A stretch of DNA of 64,000 bases from Podarcis tiliguerta. Taxonomy: Eukaryota. A model generated the notes under the pieces. That model saw only the letters and a list, made by a program, of their open reading frames with translations, ran no database searches and had not been told where the DNA came from. Location of the stretch: NCBI GenBank assembly GCA_965153285.1, contig OZ229118.1. The stretch is one strand, 5' to 3'. Numbering within the stretch: the first letter of the stretch is position 1; every line of letters starts with the position of its first letter. Below are positions 1 to 13,300 of the stretch, one piece after another. Position numbers and translations under genes: made by a program.

Positions 1-769
1 TGATTTATTCAATAACAGTTTGTGATAAACTATGACGCAACAAGCAAAGATTTTGTGAAATGAAATGCTGGCTATTTCTCCTGGCTATGTGGGAGGAGAA
101 TGAAGAGCAGGGGAGCACACTAACCCAAGGCTTGGCTCAGGCTCATTATAACTAGTGCAAAATCATGGTTTCCCATTATGTGTGAATGTGACCAGGATGG
201 TGGTATGCTGTCATTTATCTGACCAAAATGATGCATTGATTACATGTAGGAACTTCTCTTTATTTTTCATGGCATTTTACCATTGGTACAAACCACAGTG
301 TGGGCACCCTGCGCTCTTTCACATCCTGTAATTTCACACAGTTTGCTCTTATTAACAACAGCAACAACAAAAAAGGTCGTGTTTCTGAATGAATAGCTGT
401 TTTTGTCAGAAATCTTTTTAAAAGGCCCTCAACCTTGCATATGTATTCAGCTTTTGTTGTTAGTATTGCTTAGTTACCAAGGATAATATAGGGAAAGGCA
501 TGATGTATTTTCACGTGTACCAAATTTAGCTTTAATTTGCTTTTGTGTTCTTCCAATTAGTAGCTCCCACAGAAGCCTATCGAAAGCTCTTTGCCTTTCT
601 AAGCCAAGGACCCCATTCTAGTTATAAACATCCTTCACCATACTCCCCCCCCCCCCAGGGGAGGAATGATAACCTTTCCCACAACATACTTCTGACTATG
701 GTGTTCTTCACATAGCACAGAATCAAGAAATGATCACTTTGTCAGAAACATGGGTTAATCTAGTAAAAC

Positions 770-930
770 AATAAAGTATGTAAGAGGAACCTTTCTGGAT
801 CAAACCAAAGGCCTGCCTAACTAGTTCAGTATCCTGTATCCCATAGCATCCAATGAGATGTCTATGGGAAGCCCTCTAGCAAGAGATGAATGCAATATCC
901 CTCTTCTAGTGTTTTCCGCCAGGGATATGT
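770..930. mobile_element. Degraded CR1-type LINE 3'-end fragment
   Basis: Resembles the reptile CR1 terminus (..ctggatca..ccaaaggcc..ctagt(t)cag..atcctg..ctatgggaagccc); similar pieces at about 10395-10560 and 51730-51880. Confidence 0.5.
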
Positions 931-1102
931 AATACTATAAAGAAGTGAGAAGATGCAGACTTGTGTCGCAAGAGATCCAGGACCATGTGTATAATATCAC
1001 ATTATTCCCAGTATATCTTTTAAAATCTTAAGTTGCTTTACATTGCTGTTAAATCCCATATGTTTTTTTCTTTATGAATTTTGATTTCTTTGCAGATCAA
1101 AG

Positions 1103-1180
1103 ATGCTCTCCAGACTTGACTCTTGTGATGCAGTGATCAGCAGCAGAAGAGAGCAAAGGAAATTGAATATGGCCTCATAG
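1103..1180 (+). promoter_or_regulatory. Candidate upstream ORF (25 aa) in the FHIP1A 5'UTR
   Basis: ATG 1103 to TAG 1178-1180, inside the inferred exon and ending 20 nt before the main ATG. Confidence 0.5.
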
Positions 1181-1200
1181 AATTGAACTTTGGAGAGTTT

Positions 1201-1305
1201 ATGATGTCCACAGGTGCGAGTGGCAGGAAAAAGCATCAGGCTGTGAGCCTCGAAGGAGTTGACCCAGAAACCTGCATGATAGTGTTTAAAACTCACTGGG
1301 CACAG
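1201..1305 (+). CDS. FHIP1A: FHIP1A first coding exon (MMSTGASGRKKHQAVSLEGVDPETCMIVFKTHWAQ); exon probably starts at 1096 with 5'UTR
   Basis: ATGATG at 1201; donor CAG|gtaaag at 1306; acceptor ttgatttctttgcag ends at 1095. Not in the ORF track. Confidence 0.93.
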
Positions 1306-4300
1306 GTAAAGTAGCTCAGGGAAGCTTTTCTTCAGTTGGTTTTTAAAGTTGGTTGCACTGGTAAGAATCCATTCCAAAACAACAACAACAATCAAGAAAC
1401 AACAAAAAGAGTGGAAGTTGGTTTTAGCTGCCAATACACAGCATTTAGTCTGTTCCCTAACACTCAAGTCCATTTCTGTTCTTGTTCTGGAAAATGGTAG
1501 AATCTTGCTCCTCCATTATTTAGTTAACATCACATGTAATAATAAAGGGGCATAGCTCTGTTTGATGGATAGGCTAAAGAAAGAGCTGGGAGATTTAGAT
1601 TTAATGAAAGGAGATAAAATTTAGAATATAACTTTGAATTCTCATGCTTTGACGGCCTAGTGGATTTTAAAGATAAGGCTCAATTATATATTAGTATTGG
1701 ATGCAAACCTGCACATGGTTAGGCTGCTTAAATCCTATTGAAGCTGGCTTTGTACAGGTGTGCAGACTAAGGAGATGCATTTTACAGCACCAGGCAATGA
1801 TCTCTTTTAATCCAGTATTGTTCACATTGACTGACACATGTCTACAGTCAAGTTGCCTTCCTCTGTTTTTGTCACCTGAGATCCTTCCATTGTAATGTTG
1901 GGGATTGACCTAACACACCCTCTTAGCGTTTATACAAGCAAATGATGCCACTTAATCATGGCTTCAGCTACCCAGCTCTCCCAGAAGTTGAATTAGCAAA
2001 AGACATTCTCAGTACTGAATTTGGTATTTGCAACTTGGTTGGCCAGCACTCCCATTTTTAATGTTTTCAGTTACAAGGATTGTGACTAGTTGTAGCTTGC
2101 TACATAATGTTATGAGGCAATTAAAGAACCATTGGGGTTGAAGACCAGAATATAAATACGTTAAATAAATAATATTTTAACAAACCTATTAGATACAGTA
2201 GTGTATGAGCTGTTTAAATGTGCTTTCATAAATTAATTCCTATTGCTAATTTATAAGTTGTTTGCTACTTGATTAAATTATTAATCTCTGCAATCCATTC
2301 TGAGGTCCATTTTGAGAGGCACTTCGCTGCATTTGTTCAATAAATTTTTTGTTCAATAGATGTTTTTACATTGGGAGCTTAAAGCAGTGATTCAGTCTAG
2401 CAATTTTGAAGACTGAGTTTAGGGAAAAATAGGGTTTCAGTTAAAAGGTTAGTTAAGAACCTCTTCACTCTGATAACGAGAATGTGTTTCACGTTTCTCT
2501 AGGTGGTGAAAATATTAGAGAAGCATGACCCTTTGAAAAATATTCAGGCAAAATATGGGGCAATTCCTCCTGATGAGGCCAGCACTGTGCAGAATTACGT
2601 AGAACACATGCTCTTCCTGTTAATCGAAGAACAAGCAAAAGATGCTGCCATGGGACCTATCCTGGAGTTCGTTGTTACCGAGAATATCATGGAGAAACTC
2701 TTCCTTTGGAGTCTCAGACGGGAGTTCACTGATGAGATGAAAATTGAACAGTTGAAGATGTACGAAATGCTTGTCACTCAGTCCCACCAGCCCTTGCTGC
2801 ATCACAAGCCCATCTTGAAACCTTTGATGATGTTGCTGAGTTCTTGCTCAGGAACTACTACACCAGCCGTGGAAGCTGAGCTGGTGGTTCTTCTCAACCA
2901 GCTGTGCTCAATCCTAGCCAAAGATCCATCTATTTTAGAACTCTTTTTCCATACCAGTGAGGACCAAGGAGCTGCAAACTTCCTAATTTTCTCTCTCTTG
3001 ATTCCTTTCATTCACCGAGAAGGGACTGTGGGCCAACAGGCTCGTGATGCACTGCTTTTTATAATGTCACTTTCTGCAGAAAACAATGTTGTTGCTAACC
3101 ATATAGTAGAAAACACTTACTTCTGTCCGGTAAGTTGCTTCTTCTGACCCTACCCTCTAAAGAAACCCCCCCTCTTGATATTTTCCCCATCAACAAAGCA
3201 GAACTGAATTTATTTGGTACATTTTGTTACGCTATTGCAGAAGTGGGAAGTGGTGGCATCAGGGGCATCTTTCTGAACCAGTCTGTATTTAATTGTGGTC
3301 AATTTTATACTATAATTTGCTCCTCAACAGAAAACTTATCTGGAGCAAAATGAACAAATTAGGGACTAAATACATGTCATTTAGTGGGGATAATATCAAA
3401 GTATGATATTTAGGTGGCCATTTGGGTCTAATTAACGTTGGTATTAGTATACCAACGTTAACATGGTATTATAATGTGCCATTTGAAGATCAGACAGTTT
3501 TTTGAATAAAACATTTGCATTAGGTGTTAAAACTGTAAAGTGTTGAAATTTTCAAAAATCTCTCCAGTTAAGCTAGTTACATTTTGTTTTAAAACAAATC
3601 AAACTATTTCGCTCCAACTTAATCTTACTGAACTCACAGTAGCCAAGAATTAGTTGTTTTCCTTCTGCTCCACCACCTACCTATCACAACGACACACATG
3701 CCAACTTGCATTAGTTCCTATGAGTTCGTGGAAGGTGATTCCCAAAGGAATCCTTTTTATTCTTTCAAGTCAGAAACTAGCAGCGTTCAAACCAAGCTAA
3801 CTTCACACTTGCTGCTTCTGCTTCCTGCCTCCATTCAGTTCCCGCTATCCTTTGACCTGCTGCCTCATCATTTATTTATTATATGCGTATCTGGCTTTTT
3901 CAGACAAATACTTTGAAAGTGGTTCATATCAGTCAAAAAAAATTAGGCAGGGAAAGGAGCTAGAGAAGGGAGAACACTTTGATAATGCTGGAATGAAGTG
4001 ATTAATTGTGTATCCGTGTTTCTAATGGTGGCCAGATTAGACTGATAACTGGAACAAAGTGTTGAACTGAAGATGATCCAATGAAACTGGACTGATCTTC
4101 CTTTGCAGTTGATCTTGCTATGATAACAGTTGGGGCAACTGCCTGATGCAGCTTGTTCCTGAGTGTCGTTAGGTTGGGCTAAGTTAATTGAAATTAGTTC
4201 CTACTGCAATCCAGGGGTACCAACTTGAATGAAATATTGGGGGGGGGGCAGGTAGGCCCCACCAAGCACAAGATGCGGTGCATGCACACCGTCTGAATGG

Positions 4301-7300
4301 TAATGCCCATCAACTTTGGCGGGTCCCGGCCCCTTCAAATATTTTAGAGGGGCGGGGCAAAGGGACCTTGTCCCCTAGGTGTTGGCTCCTATGCTGCAAT
4401 CAATGGGGCAAATTGGTAATGACTTGATTTGCTTTCCGTTTCAACTATGTCTGGATCCAAACCTTCTCACGTACTTTTTGTACCAGCCCAGCCATGAGGC
4501 AGGGCGAGGCCATTGCCTCAGGTGGCAGAAGCCCCACTGCCTCCACAAGCAGCAGGGAAACACCACTACTATTGGCGCCAGTCTTGCAGAGAATACAGTA
4601 TCACATGTGATATTGGGCAAGACCTCGTCCAAATCAGCCTGATTTTTCAAAAAATCGGTGCCAATGACAGTGGCACTTCTCTGTCATTGGCGAATGCAGC
4701 AGGGCATATGGCACTGGCAGAGCAGGTAGGAAGTGGCAGTAGGGAAGGGAAGGTGGCACTTCCCATTTCACATCAAGTGATGAGGCGAGACGTGGCACCC
4801 TTTATTCCAGGACAACAGGCTTTGTTTAGTCATTTAGTCGTGTCCAACTCTTCATGACCCCATGGACCAGAGCACGCCAGGCACTCCTGTCTTCCACTGC
4901 CTACTGCAGTTTGGTCAAACTCATGTTCATAGCTTCAAGAACACTGTCCAACCATCTTGTCCTCTGTCGTCCCCTTCTCCTTGTGCCCTCCATCTTTCCC
5001 AACTTCAGGGTCTTTTCCAGGGAGTCTTCTCTTGTCATGATTTGGCCAAAGTATTGGAGCCTTAGCTTCAGGATCTGTTCTTCCAGTGAGCGCTCAGGGC
5101 TGATTTCCTTAAGAATAGATAGATTTGATCTTCTCAAGAGTTTCCTCCAGCACCATAATTCAAAAGCATCAATTCTTCAGCAATCAGCCTTATTTATGGT
5201 CCAGCTCTCACTTCATACATTACTACTGGGAAAACCATAGCTTTAACTATATCGACCTTTGTTGGCAAGGGCAACAGGCAAGTAGGTCCAAATATCTGAG
5301 AATGCTTTTCTTTCTCCCCCACTCACCTGGTATACAAAGAAATGAAATCGGATAGGCTCAAAATAAGTTGCATAGTTAAGGAAAGTTTTAGTCTAAAATT
5401 AACACAATAGTAGCCTGAGCCCTTTTTGATATTATTTTAAAGATCCTCCTGGAAGAGTGTGTGTCGAGAGTGACAACGTGGGTCACAGCATGTAAAAAAT
5501 TGAATGGCACATTATGAAACAACTTTCTACCCTGTTTCTAATGAATCTCTTTAAATGTATATCAAGATTACAGTTTTACTTGCAAGCACTGAGTAATAAG
5601 TCTCTAGCATAGACATTTTCTTGTTGACTTCATTTAAATTGATACATCTAAAGAGTACTCATTTTTTAAAATTGTCCCCAAGGTAGATACCCTTATTAGA
5701 TCCATGCTGTAACTTCCATAATTACATTTGCCAATTAATTTTTAGAATGACTTTTTACTCTGAAGATTAAAGCAAGCTGTATTAACCTTCAAACAGTTGG
5801 GGGCCTTGAGTGACAAAACACATTCCTAATTAGAATGATTGTCTTAGTATGTAAAAGGTAGCTAGCCCAAGTCTATAATAAAATATCAGAGTCCGCTCCT
5901 GAGGGCTGCTCACTTTTTAAAGACCCATAATGTGTTGGTCTTGTGAGTTTGATCTTTGCAGTTCGGGGAGTTCTATACTGCCTTCGCGAAAAATCAGAAT
6001 GATGCCGCAGGGATCTGGTTAGCATCCATCGTTCACTCAGGCAAAAAATACAGAATGATTAAAGGATTTCTTTCACTGCTATTTGCCCGTGAATGTAATA
6101 AAATAATCTAAATTCTGATTCAATTAAAAGAAAGCTTGGCGTGATATTGTACTGAATGTCAAAATCCCTCCCCTGTAATTAAAATAATGATAGCTAGAGT
6201 GCAGAAGCAAGCATTCAACCTTAGGCCATTCCAGAATGTGTGCCCTTATGCAAACTTCAACTAGTTGAAAAAGCAGGGCAGCCCTTCTAATGCTATGGAC
6301 TTCTTAGCAGCCCCCTGTGTGCAGGGACACCCTTGATCAGGTCTAGAGTACTGTGGATTGCAGCCATCCTGCAATACTATATTAAATATCTGATGGATGA
6401 GCTGTGCAGAGCTGACATCATGCAAGAAACAGAGGATAAGCAGAGTGGAAGGTCAGCATTGCTGCATGGGCAAGCTGGGGGTTACCTTAACTTTTGAAGC
6501 ATTTTCCTAACTGGGAACTGCATGACTAGGGAAGAGAAAAGCAGTGTATCATACTTGGGGAAGAATTCTTTGTTTATTCTCCTTTTTCTTGTTCCTTTTG
6601 AAATAACTTAAAGGTTACTTGGGGCAGGATAGGAAGAAAGTTGACAACTGTCAATAATACCACTACTGACAAACGGTAGCTGTCTGCACTAGCTACGTTG
6701 CGGAATAAAATTGTTGTGTATTTATTGGATTGTCTACATGACTAACGTGCAACCCAACCATGCAGGAATGTTGCTATAGTTAGTCTTTCTAAAAGTTTAC
6801 TCTGACTATAGCTTCTTTTCACCCCCACAGTTCTGTTAATTGTAGCTTGGGTGATGGAATAAGCGAGTAAAGAACATAATAGATGCAGAGAAACACATAT
6901 TGGCAGTCTTTTTATGCCTGTCAATCAAAAAAAATTAATGTTTCAACTTGGTGCCTCTAGAAAATCAGGCTTATCATCCCAGTACTCAAAATGATTTACA
7001 AGTAGAATAGCTTTAACTGGCTCTTGTAAAACTAAAGTTGCGTGACTCGTAATATTTATTCTTCCCATGTCTTTGCATTGATTGTTGGAATAAGGCTAAG
7101 AACTTACATCCACCACTTCCCGTCAATAACTATAATGTTTTTTTTTTAAAAAAACCCACATAATTCCTTTTATGGCTTCTGCCTAGACTGGGTTTTTACA
7201 TTCAGAGAAAAACCTGCAATGCTCCACCTAGTATTCTTTTAGTAAGTCTTGCTTGTGTTGATCCAAGGGTCAATTGCATTCATAGTAATATAGATCGACA

Positions 7301-10300
7301 TGTATAAACATACAGTTATGGTTAGTGCACTGAGCATGGATTTTGTATGTCCATTCCAGAAATTGCACTGTTCTCTAGGCAGAAGGTGGTGGTAAGGCTG
7401 TGAGAACAAATCACATAAATTCTTCTGTGAGTACGTTGTTTTCATTGACACCTACAGCTTATATTTTAGAAACAGATGAAAAATACAAATTGCGGAAAAA
7501 AGCACAACTTCCGTTTTTGCATTAAAGCAACCATATACCACGCAAGCTGAGCTGTTACAAAAATCTAGAGCAACAAATTCTGCTATACAAACACAAAGGC
7601 AGGTGTGGGGAACCTTTGCCCCTCCAGATGTTGTTGAACTACAACGCTTGTTACTATTGGCCTTCCTTGCTGGGGTTTCGCATACCTGATCTATCTGCTA
7701 ACCTACATCATACTCATCAGATGTGTTTCCTGCATCTACACAGGTGCTTACATTGGAAGTGTGAATCTTGCACTTTTCAAACATTCAAGCTTGCAGCAGA
7801 TGCAAAGAAAGGAGCCACTTTTTTATTTCAGTGTCCTGTGTCTACTGTGTGTTGCCCACATGTTGTTGATAATTTACATACATGTGTCTCCCTTTCGATG
7901 TTTAGTGCTCTTAACAACTAGTTCTCTTTGTTTGTTTACTTAACTTGTTTGTTTATATTCCAAGAAATCTCAGCTCTGTCTTAATGAAAAGCTTATCAGT
8001 GATGCAAACACTATCTTTAAATAGTTGCTTTCTCTCCCCCTCCCTTTATGTTCTTCAATTCAGGTGCTAGCCACAGGCTTAAGTGGCCTATACTCATCTT
8101 TGCCTACAAAGCTGGAAGACAAAGGAGAAGAATGGCACTGTCTGCTGAAAGACGACTGGCTTCTTTCTCCAGCTCTTGTCCAATTCATGAACTCCCTCGA
8201 GTTCTGCAATGCTGTAATACAGGTACTGGACTCAAGGAAAGAGCCTGCTTATGAAACCAGCCTTTTGAAATATGTGGATGATGTCCATTTGTGCTCTTCC
8301 ATTTGTGGGAGGATTTTTAATCCCATGTCCTCTGCTAACAAAAGGCGAGCAAAAAGCAATTTTTGCTGATTCCTTTTCTGCCCAGCATCCCTCTCCTTCC
8401 TTTCCAAATCTCCTCCAGAGAGATAGGGGACAGTGGGGGAAGGTAGCATGGGAGGGGGAAGGAGAAATGGGTGCAAATAGTTTTCATTACCAGAGGTCTT
8501 AATGAGATCAAATGCTTTTTGATGAACAGAAGGCGTTCTGTCCACATTAAGGGCATAGTTGAATCAAACCCTATTCTGTGAATATTTACAGTTTGTATAA
8601 TTAAATATTCAGTCTTGATTTCAAGAGAGAGCAAGTTTCTTGTGAGTAGAGGCAAGTATTAATAATTGTGATTTACATAACAAATATTCCTCATAAATCA
8701 GATACATATTTCTCTTTATTAACATTGCCCTCTTCCTAAAGATGGTTGACTGAACACCCTTTATTGATTCTAAAATCAAAGATTTATTTCTCAGACAGAA
8801 CATTGTGGTTGTCTGGGCTAATTATGCTAGTTTATGATCAGGTTCTCATAACAGTTAGATGCTTGCACACAAATGCACCCCAAAAGCTGTGAACCATTTT
8901 CATTGTGGTTGAGCTGATCAGGAGGTTAAGTATGTTTCACGAATCTAAATTAAATTCTGTTTGGTCTTCTCATGTTCTTTGTTCTTGATTATTTCTTAAT
9001 TAGATTTTCGCTCTTTTGAGTCTTTGTTCTTCTCCAGTCTAATGATAAAATCACATTTTATATCTCTTTGATGCTGTGCTTGGGATTCTTATTGCAGCAA
9101 GGCTGTTCAGTATCTATAGCTTTATCTGAGTTATGCAACTTTGCTCAGTTTCATTAGTGAAAATACAGGATGGAAGTGTTTGTATATGCAATGTAGAAAA
9201 ATTCATGTTTTTATTCTCTTTACAAAAGTGATGCATGTAGGGGGAAAGGGTCCTCATTTTGTCTTTCTTTCTTTTTGACTTCCAAATTCAGAAAGCTGTC
9301 TGTTCTATAGCAAACATTTATTATGAAGTTGACTAAATGTATTGTATTATTGTATTATAAGAAGGCCTTTGAAAAAGTGTATTTGCCAGAAAAGTCACCA
9401 GGTGCCTCACATGGTCCATTTCTGCGTTTCTCTCACTACAGAATAGTAGTTGCGGAAAAACTGGTTTGTGAATTATTGAAATAATGTTGCTATGTATTGA
9501 AAAGCTGAAACATAAATAATGGTCTTTCTGTTGCTTCACTATAATTTGATAAATTTAATAGTAGCTTGGCCATTCTAAAATGACCTCAGTAGGCTGCAAT
9601 GTACACTTGGGTGGCTATTAATCTATCATCTTGCACCATTAAATTGTATGACATAGGGATATGAGCCTTTTGATCTTTACTTACATATGAATTAATTTCC
9701 CTTAAATATACCGCCCAGTTCTACATATGCTTATATACACAAGTAAGCATATCTTGAATTTAATAGGGTTCTATGCATAGGATATAAGCTATAGTTTATC
9801 TCTTCATTTGTGTAAAGATGGTTGGAGGACTTTTATCAGAGGTTAATTATTATTACTATTTAATTTTTCTGTGAACTTCAGAAAAATATGTTAAATCATA
9901 ACTTAAGTTTGATACTCTAGATGCCTTTTTGATTGAAATCCCATGATCACTCTCCCTTCACTTCTTTAGGTGGCACATCCTTTGATTCGGATGCAGCTTG
10001 TGAATTACATTTATAATGGTTTTCTGGTACCAGTTATGGCCCCAGCATTGCATAAGGTCAGTGTTTTTCATATGTTTTTGTTTTTTAAAAAAATCAGCAG
10101 CCATTTTCAATGTCTTAAGAATATTACATGTGTGATGAAGATGGACCAATCGAAGCATAACTACTTTAGCCCAGTTTCTTTACTTGAATTACTCATTAGG
10201 CATCTGCTGATATAGCAGCAGAAGGTCACATCCCTCAAGTTGCTATTTGATCTATAATCAAATACAAAATGTTTGCCTGGTTGAAATCATAGTAATTCAG

Positions 10301-13300
10301 AGAAACATGGCAGGTAGTTCTGCTAGCGAAGTGAGTATATTTGAATAGTTGACTTTAAATTGACTTGCTGATATAATTCTTAAAATGGTTGTTCACAGTG
10401 GCCAACCAGAGTCCTATGGGAAACCAGTAAGCAGGACCTGTACACAACAGCACTTTCCCTACTCTGCCTCTGACAGTTGAGGTAGAACATAGCCACTGCA
10501 ACTAGTAGTCACTGACGGTCCATTAAGTTCTAGTATGTCCCAGAGTTCCAGAATCCAATTCTTCTACACCATGCACATTTTTTTACACTTCTATTATCTC
10601 TCCTTTTACTTTACTTTCCTCTAAACTAAAAAGCACCCAAAGTTGTAACTAGGCCTGCGTGACGTTGGGCTTTCAACATCGTGGTGTATCACCAACCAAA
10701 CATCGCGGTTTGAAAAAAGCTCCATTGATGCCAGGTGAAACTGCTGCAGCTCTCATTGTGGGAGCTGAGGAGCTTTCACCCCAGCGCCTCGCGGGCTGTG
10801 GCCAGTACAGTTGGTCTCAGCCTGCTGCTCAGCCAGGGGAGGTGGACAGGCTCCTGCCCCCAGCGCAGCCAGTCCCGAGTCCCCTGCAGCTTGCACTGGA
10901 GCAGCAAGGACCGTGGGGCTCCTTGCCAAGCTCCCTCTGCCTTCACTGGCATGGGGGACGGGCGAGCTACCTTGTCCGCTTGCCGTCCACTCCCCGAAGA
11001 TGGACCAAGCAGCAGTAGCCAAGCGCATGGAACCTGTCAGGCTCCATGCATTTGACTGTCATCGCCTTTGCCCACACGGGTGTGCAGGGGTCATTTGCCC
11101 TAGCAGGAATGACACATCCCACCCTCCCGGGCGTGGTCTGCAAGGTGTGGCATGCAAAGGCACCCTATCCTGCTGGAGGCTGTGCTCCCCAGCTAAGCAG
11201 CCCCGATCCCTCTCCTACTCACATGCAAGCGGGGGCAGGGCTCTCCCAGCTGGGGAGGGGGAGCACTTTTACGGAGCCCCCATCCTGCCACTGAGAGCCA
11301 ATGGCGGGTCGGCAGCTCTGTAAAACTGCTTGGCTGAGGCGAGGGCAGCAGTTTAAAGAAGCGGAGGATGGAACAAGCTGTACTCAAGAGTGGTGACCAG
11401 CGATATATCACTGAGTGAAGCTGTCATCACAGTCTGCCCCACATACCAGTCCTGGACAATATATCAATATTGCCCAGGCATAATTGTAACCTTTCATCAT
11501 AGAGGAGTTGCTCTGTCCCCTTGGCTGCATTTTTGGGAAACTTCTCCAGTTCTACAGTATCAGGTGACCAGAGCTGTACACTAAGTATTCCAACCATGGT
11601 CACACCATAGATTTGTATAACAGCACTATGTCACTGACAGTTTTAGTTTCTTTCCCATTTTAATGATCCCTAGCATGGCATTCACCTTTTCCACAGCTGT
11701 CACACGCTGGATCAATGTTTTTTATCAAACTATGTACTATGACCCCAAGGTCTCGTTCCTTGTCAGTCACGGCCAGTTCAGACCCCATGAGAGTATCCAT
11801 GAAATTAGCATCTCCCTCGCAGGTATCATTGAATTGCTTTGGTCATTTTTCTGCTCACTCACCCAGTTTCACATTTGAATTCCTTAAGAACTCTTGCGTG
11901 GACCTGGTGATTTGTCAGTATTTGCTTTGCTCATTTTTATTTTGTGAGGAAGGTTCTTGTTGTGACTGTTTGCCTCAGATCCCCTTCCTGTGGGATTTAG
12001 TTCAGGGACAGGGATCTGCCCTATCTCTTCACAGCTTCTTTCTCTGCAGCATCGATCCATGACACCCTCCCATTTTAAACATGTTTTGGATGTGTTGCCT
12101 AAATGATTGTGATGTATTCCAACTGCAATCCATCAATCTTATCAAGTTATGCTTTGGCAAACTCGAGGGGGAGAACGTAACCTGGGGCCTGGCAGCACAT
12201 CTGAAGCATGGAGTGGTATTTCGGCAGCGCATTGTCGCATTGCTTCAGCATGAGCGCTTCAGCTGTTTAAATGAGAGATTGCTGTGACAGTCTCATTAGC
12301 ATTTGAAAGGCTCTCAGTTCAGCCTGCCATGTAGATAATTAATAGAATTATTAATATTGCCGAAAAAGTGTCCTTATTTCCTTTGGATTTGTCAGTGTGT
12401 CCTGTCATCTTTACCTGTCAAGACTTTTAAGCTCTTTCTTGTCTTGTCTCATCACCATGTTGGCACAAAACAAGTACAAATAAAATTAAATGTCTATGTA
12501 TGTGTTTTCAAATGGTTTATGTACTTGCAGAGAAACAAAACTTTCCTTCTGGGTATGAGGAAAAATAAATAAATCCTAGGAGTGAATGTGAACCGAGGCA
12601 TTATCAGTACCTTCAAAGGACTTCCCTGCATCTGGATCAGAAATGCAGGGAGTTGAAATAGATGATCTTTGTGATCCCTCACAACTCTACAGTTCTATGA
12701 TTCTGTGTGATTTGAACACCAGAACTACCTGTTCTAAGTGGTTAAGTTCTACTAAAAAGAAAAAAGAAACATTTGAGCAGTACTTCTGGGAAGTACGTTT
12801 GAGCACTTTTTTATTTTATATGGCCAGATGGTACAAATACCAATGCTTCTTCTAACTGAAGCTTTGGTAAATGAAGAAAGGAGGAAAAATAAACACCAAA
12901 GTCCAAAAGGCCAGTTTGTAATGAAACTTGTGATCATTTCATTACTGGTAAGACAAATTATAGATGAAGTCGTCAAAGGGTACAGCGTCCCCTGCGAATA
13001 AAATTTGCTGTCTAGTAATTAATGTAGAATTTTAAAAGTGCCTTCTGTTTCCTTGTATTAAATATATTAACATCTGCAGAATGTCTTCAGTTAGAACTTC
13101 TGCCACTTCCAGAGATGAGCTACCACCAACCTCAGTGGTTTTTTTTTACTTCAGCATGGATTTTTGTTTTGTTTTTAAAAATCTACTTTTGCAGCTGTAA
13201 TCATTACTTACGTGGGTGTAAGTCCTATTGAATTGAGGTTATTTCTGAGTAGACATTAGCAAGACTGCACTGTAAATGGCTTATTGTCTAATCTAGCACT

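Noticed and set aside
10659-11411. Cluster of overlapping 70-170 aa ORFs
   Set aside because: They lie in the GC-rich interior of a transposon-like insertion, where stop codons are rare. No recognisable domain or splice structure.
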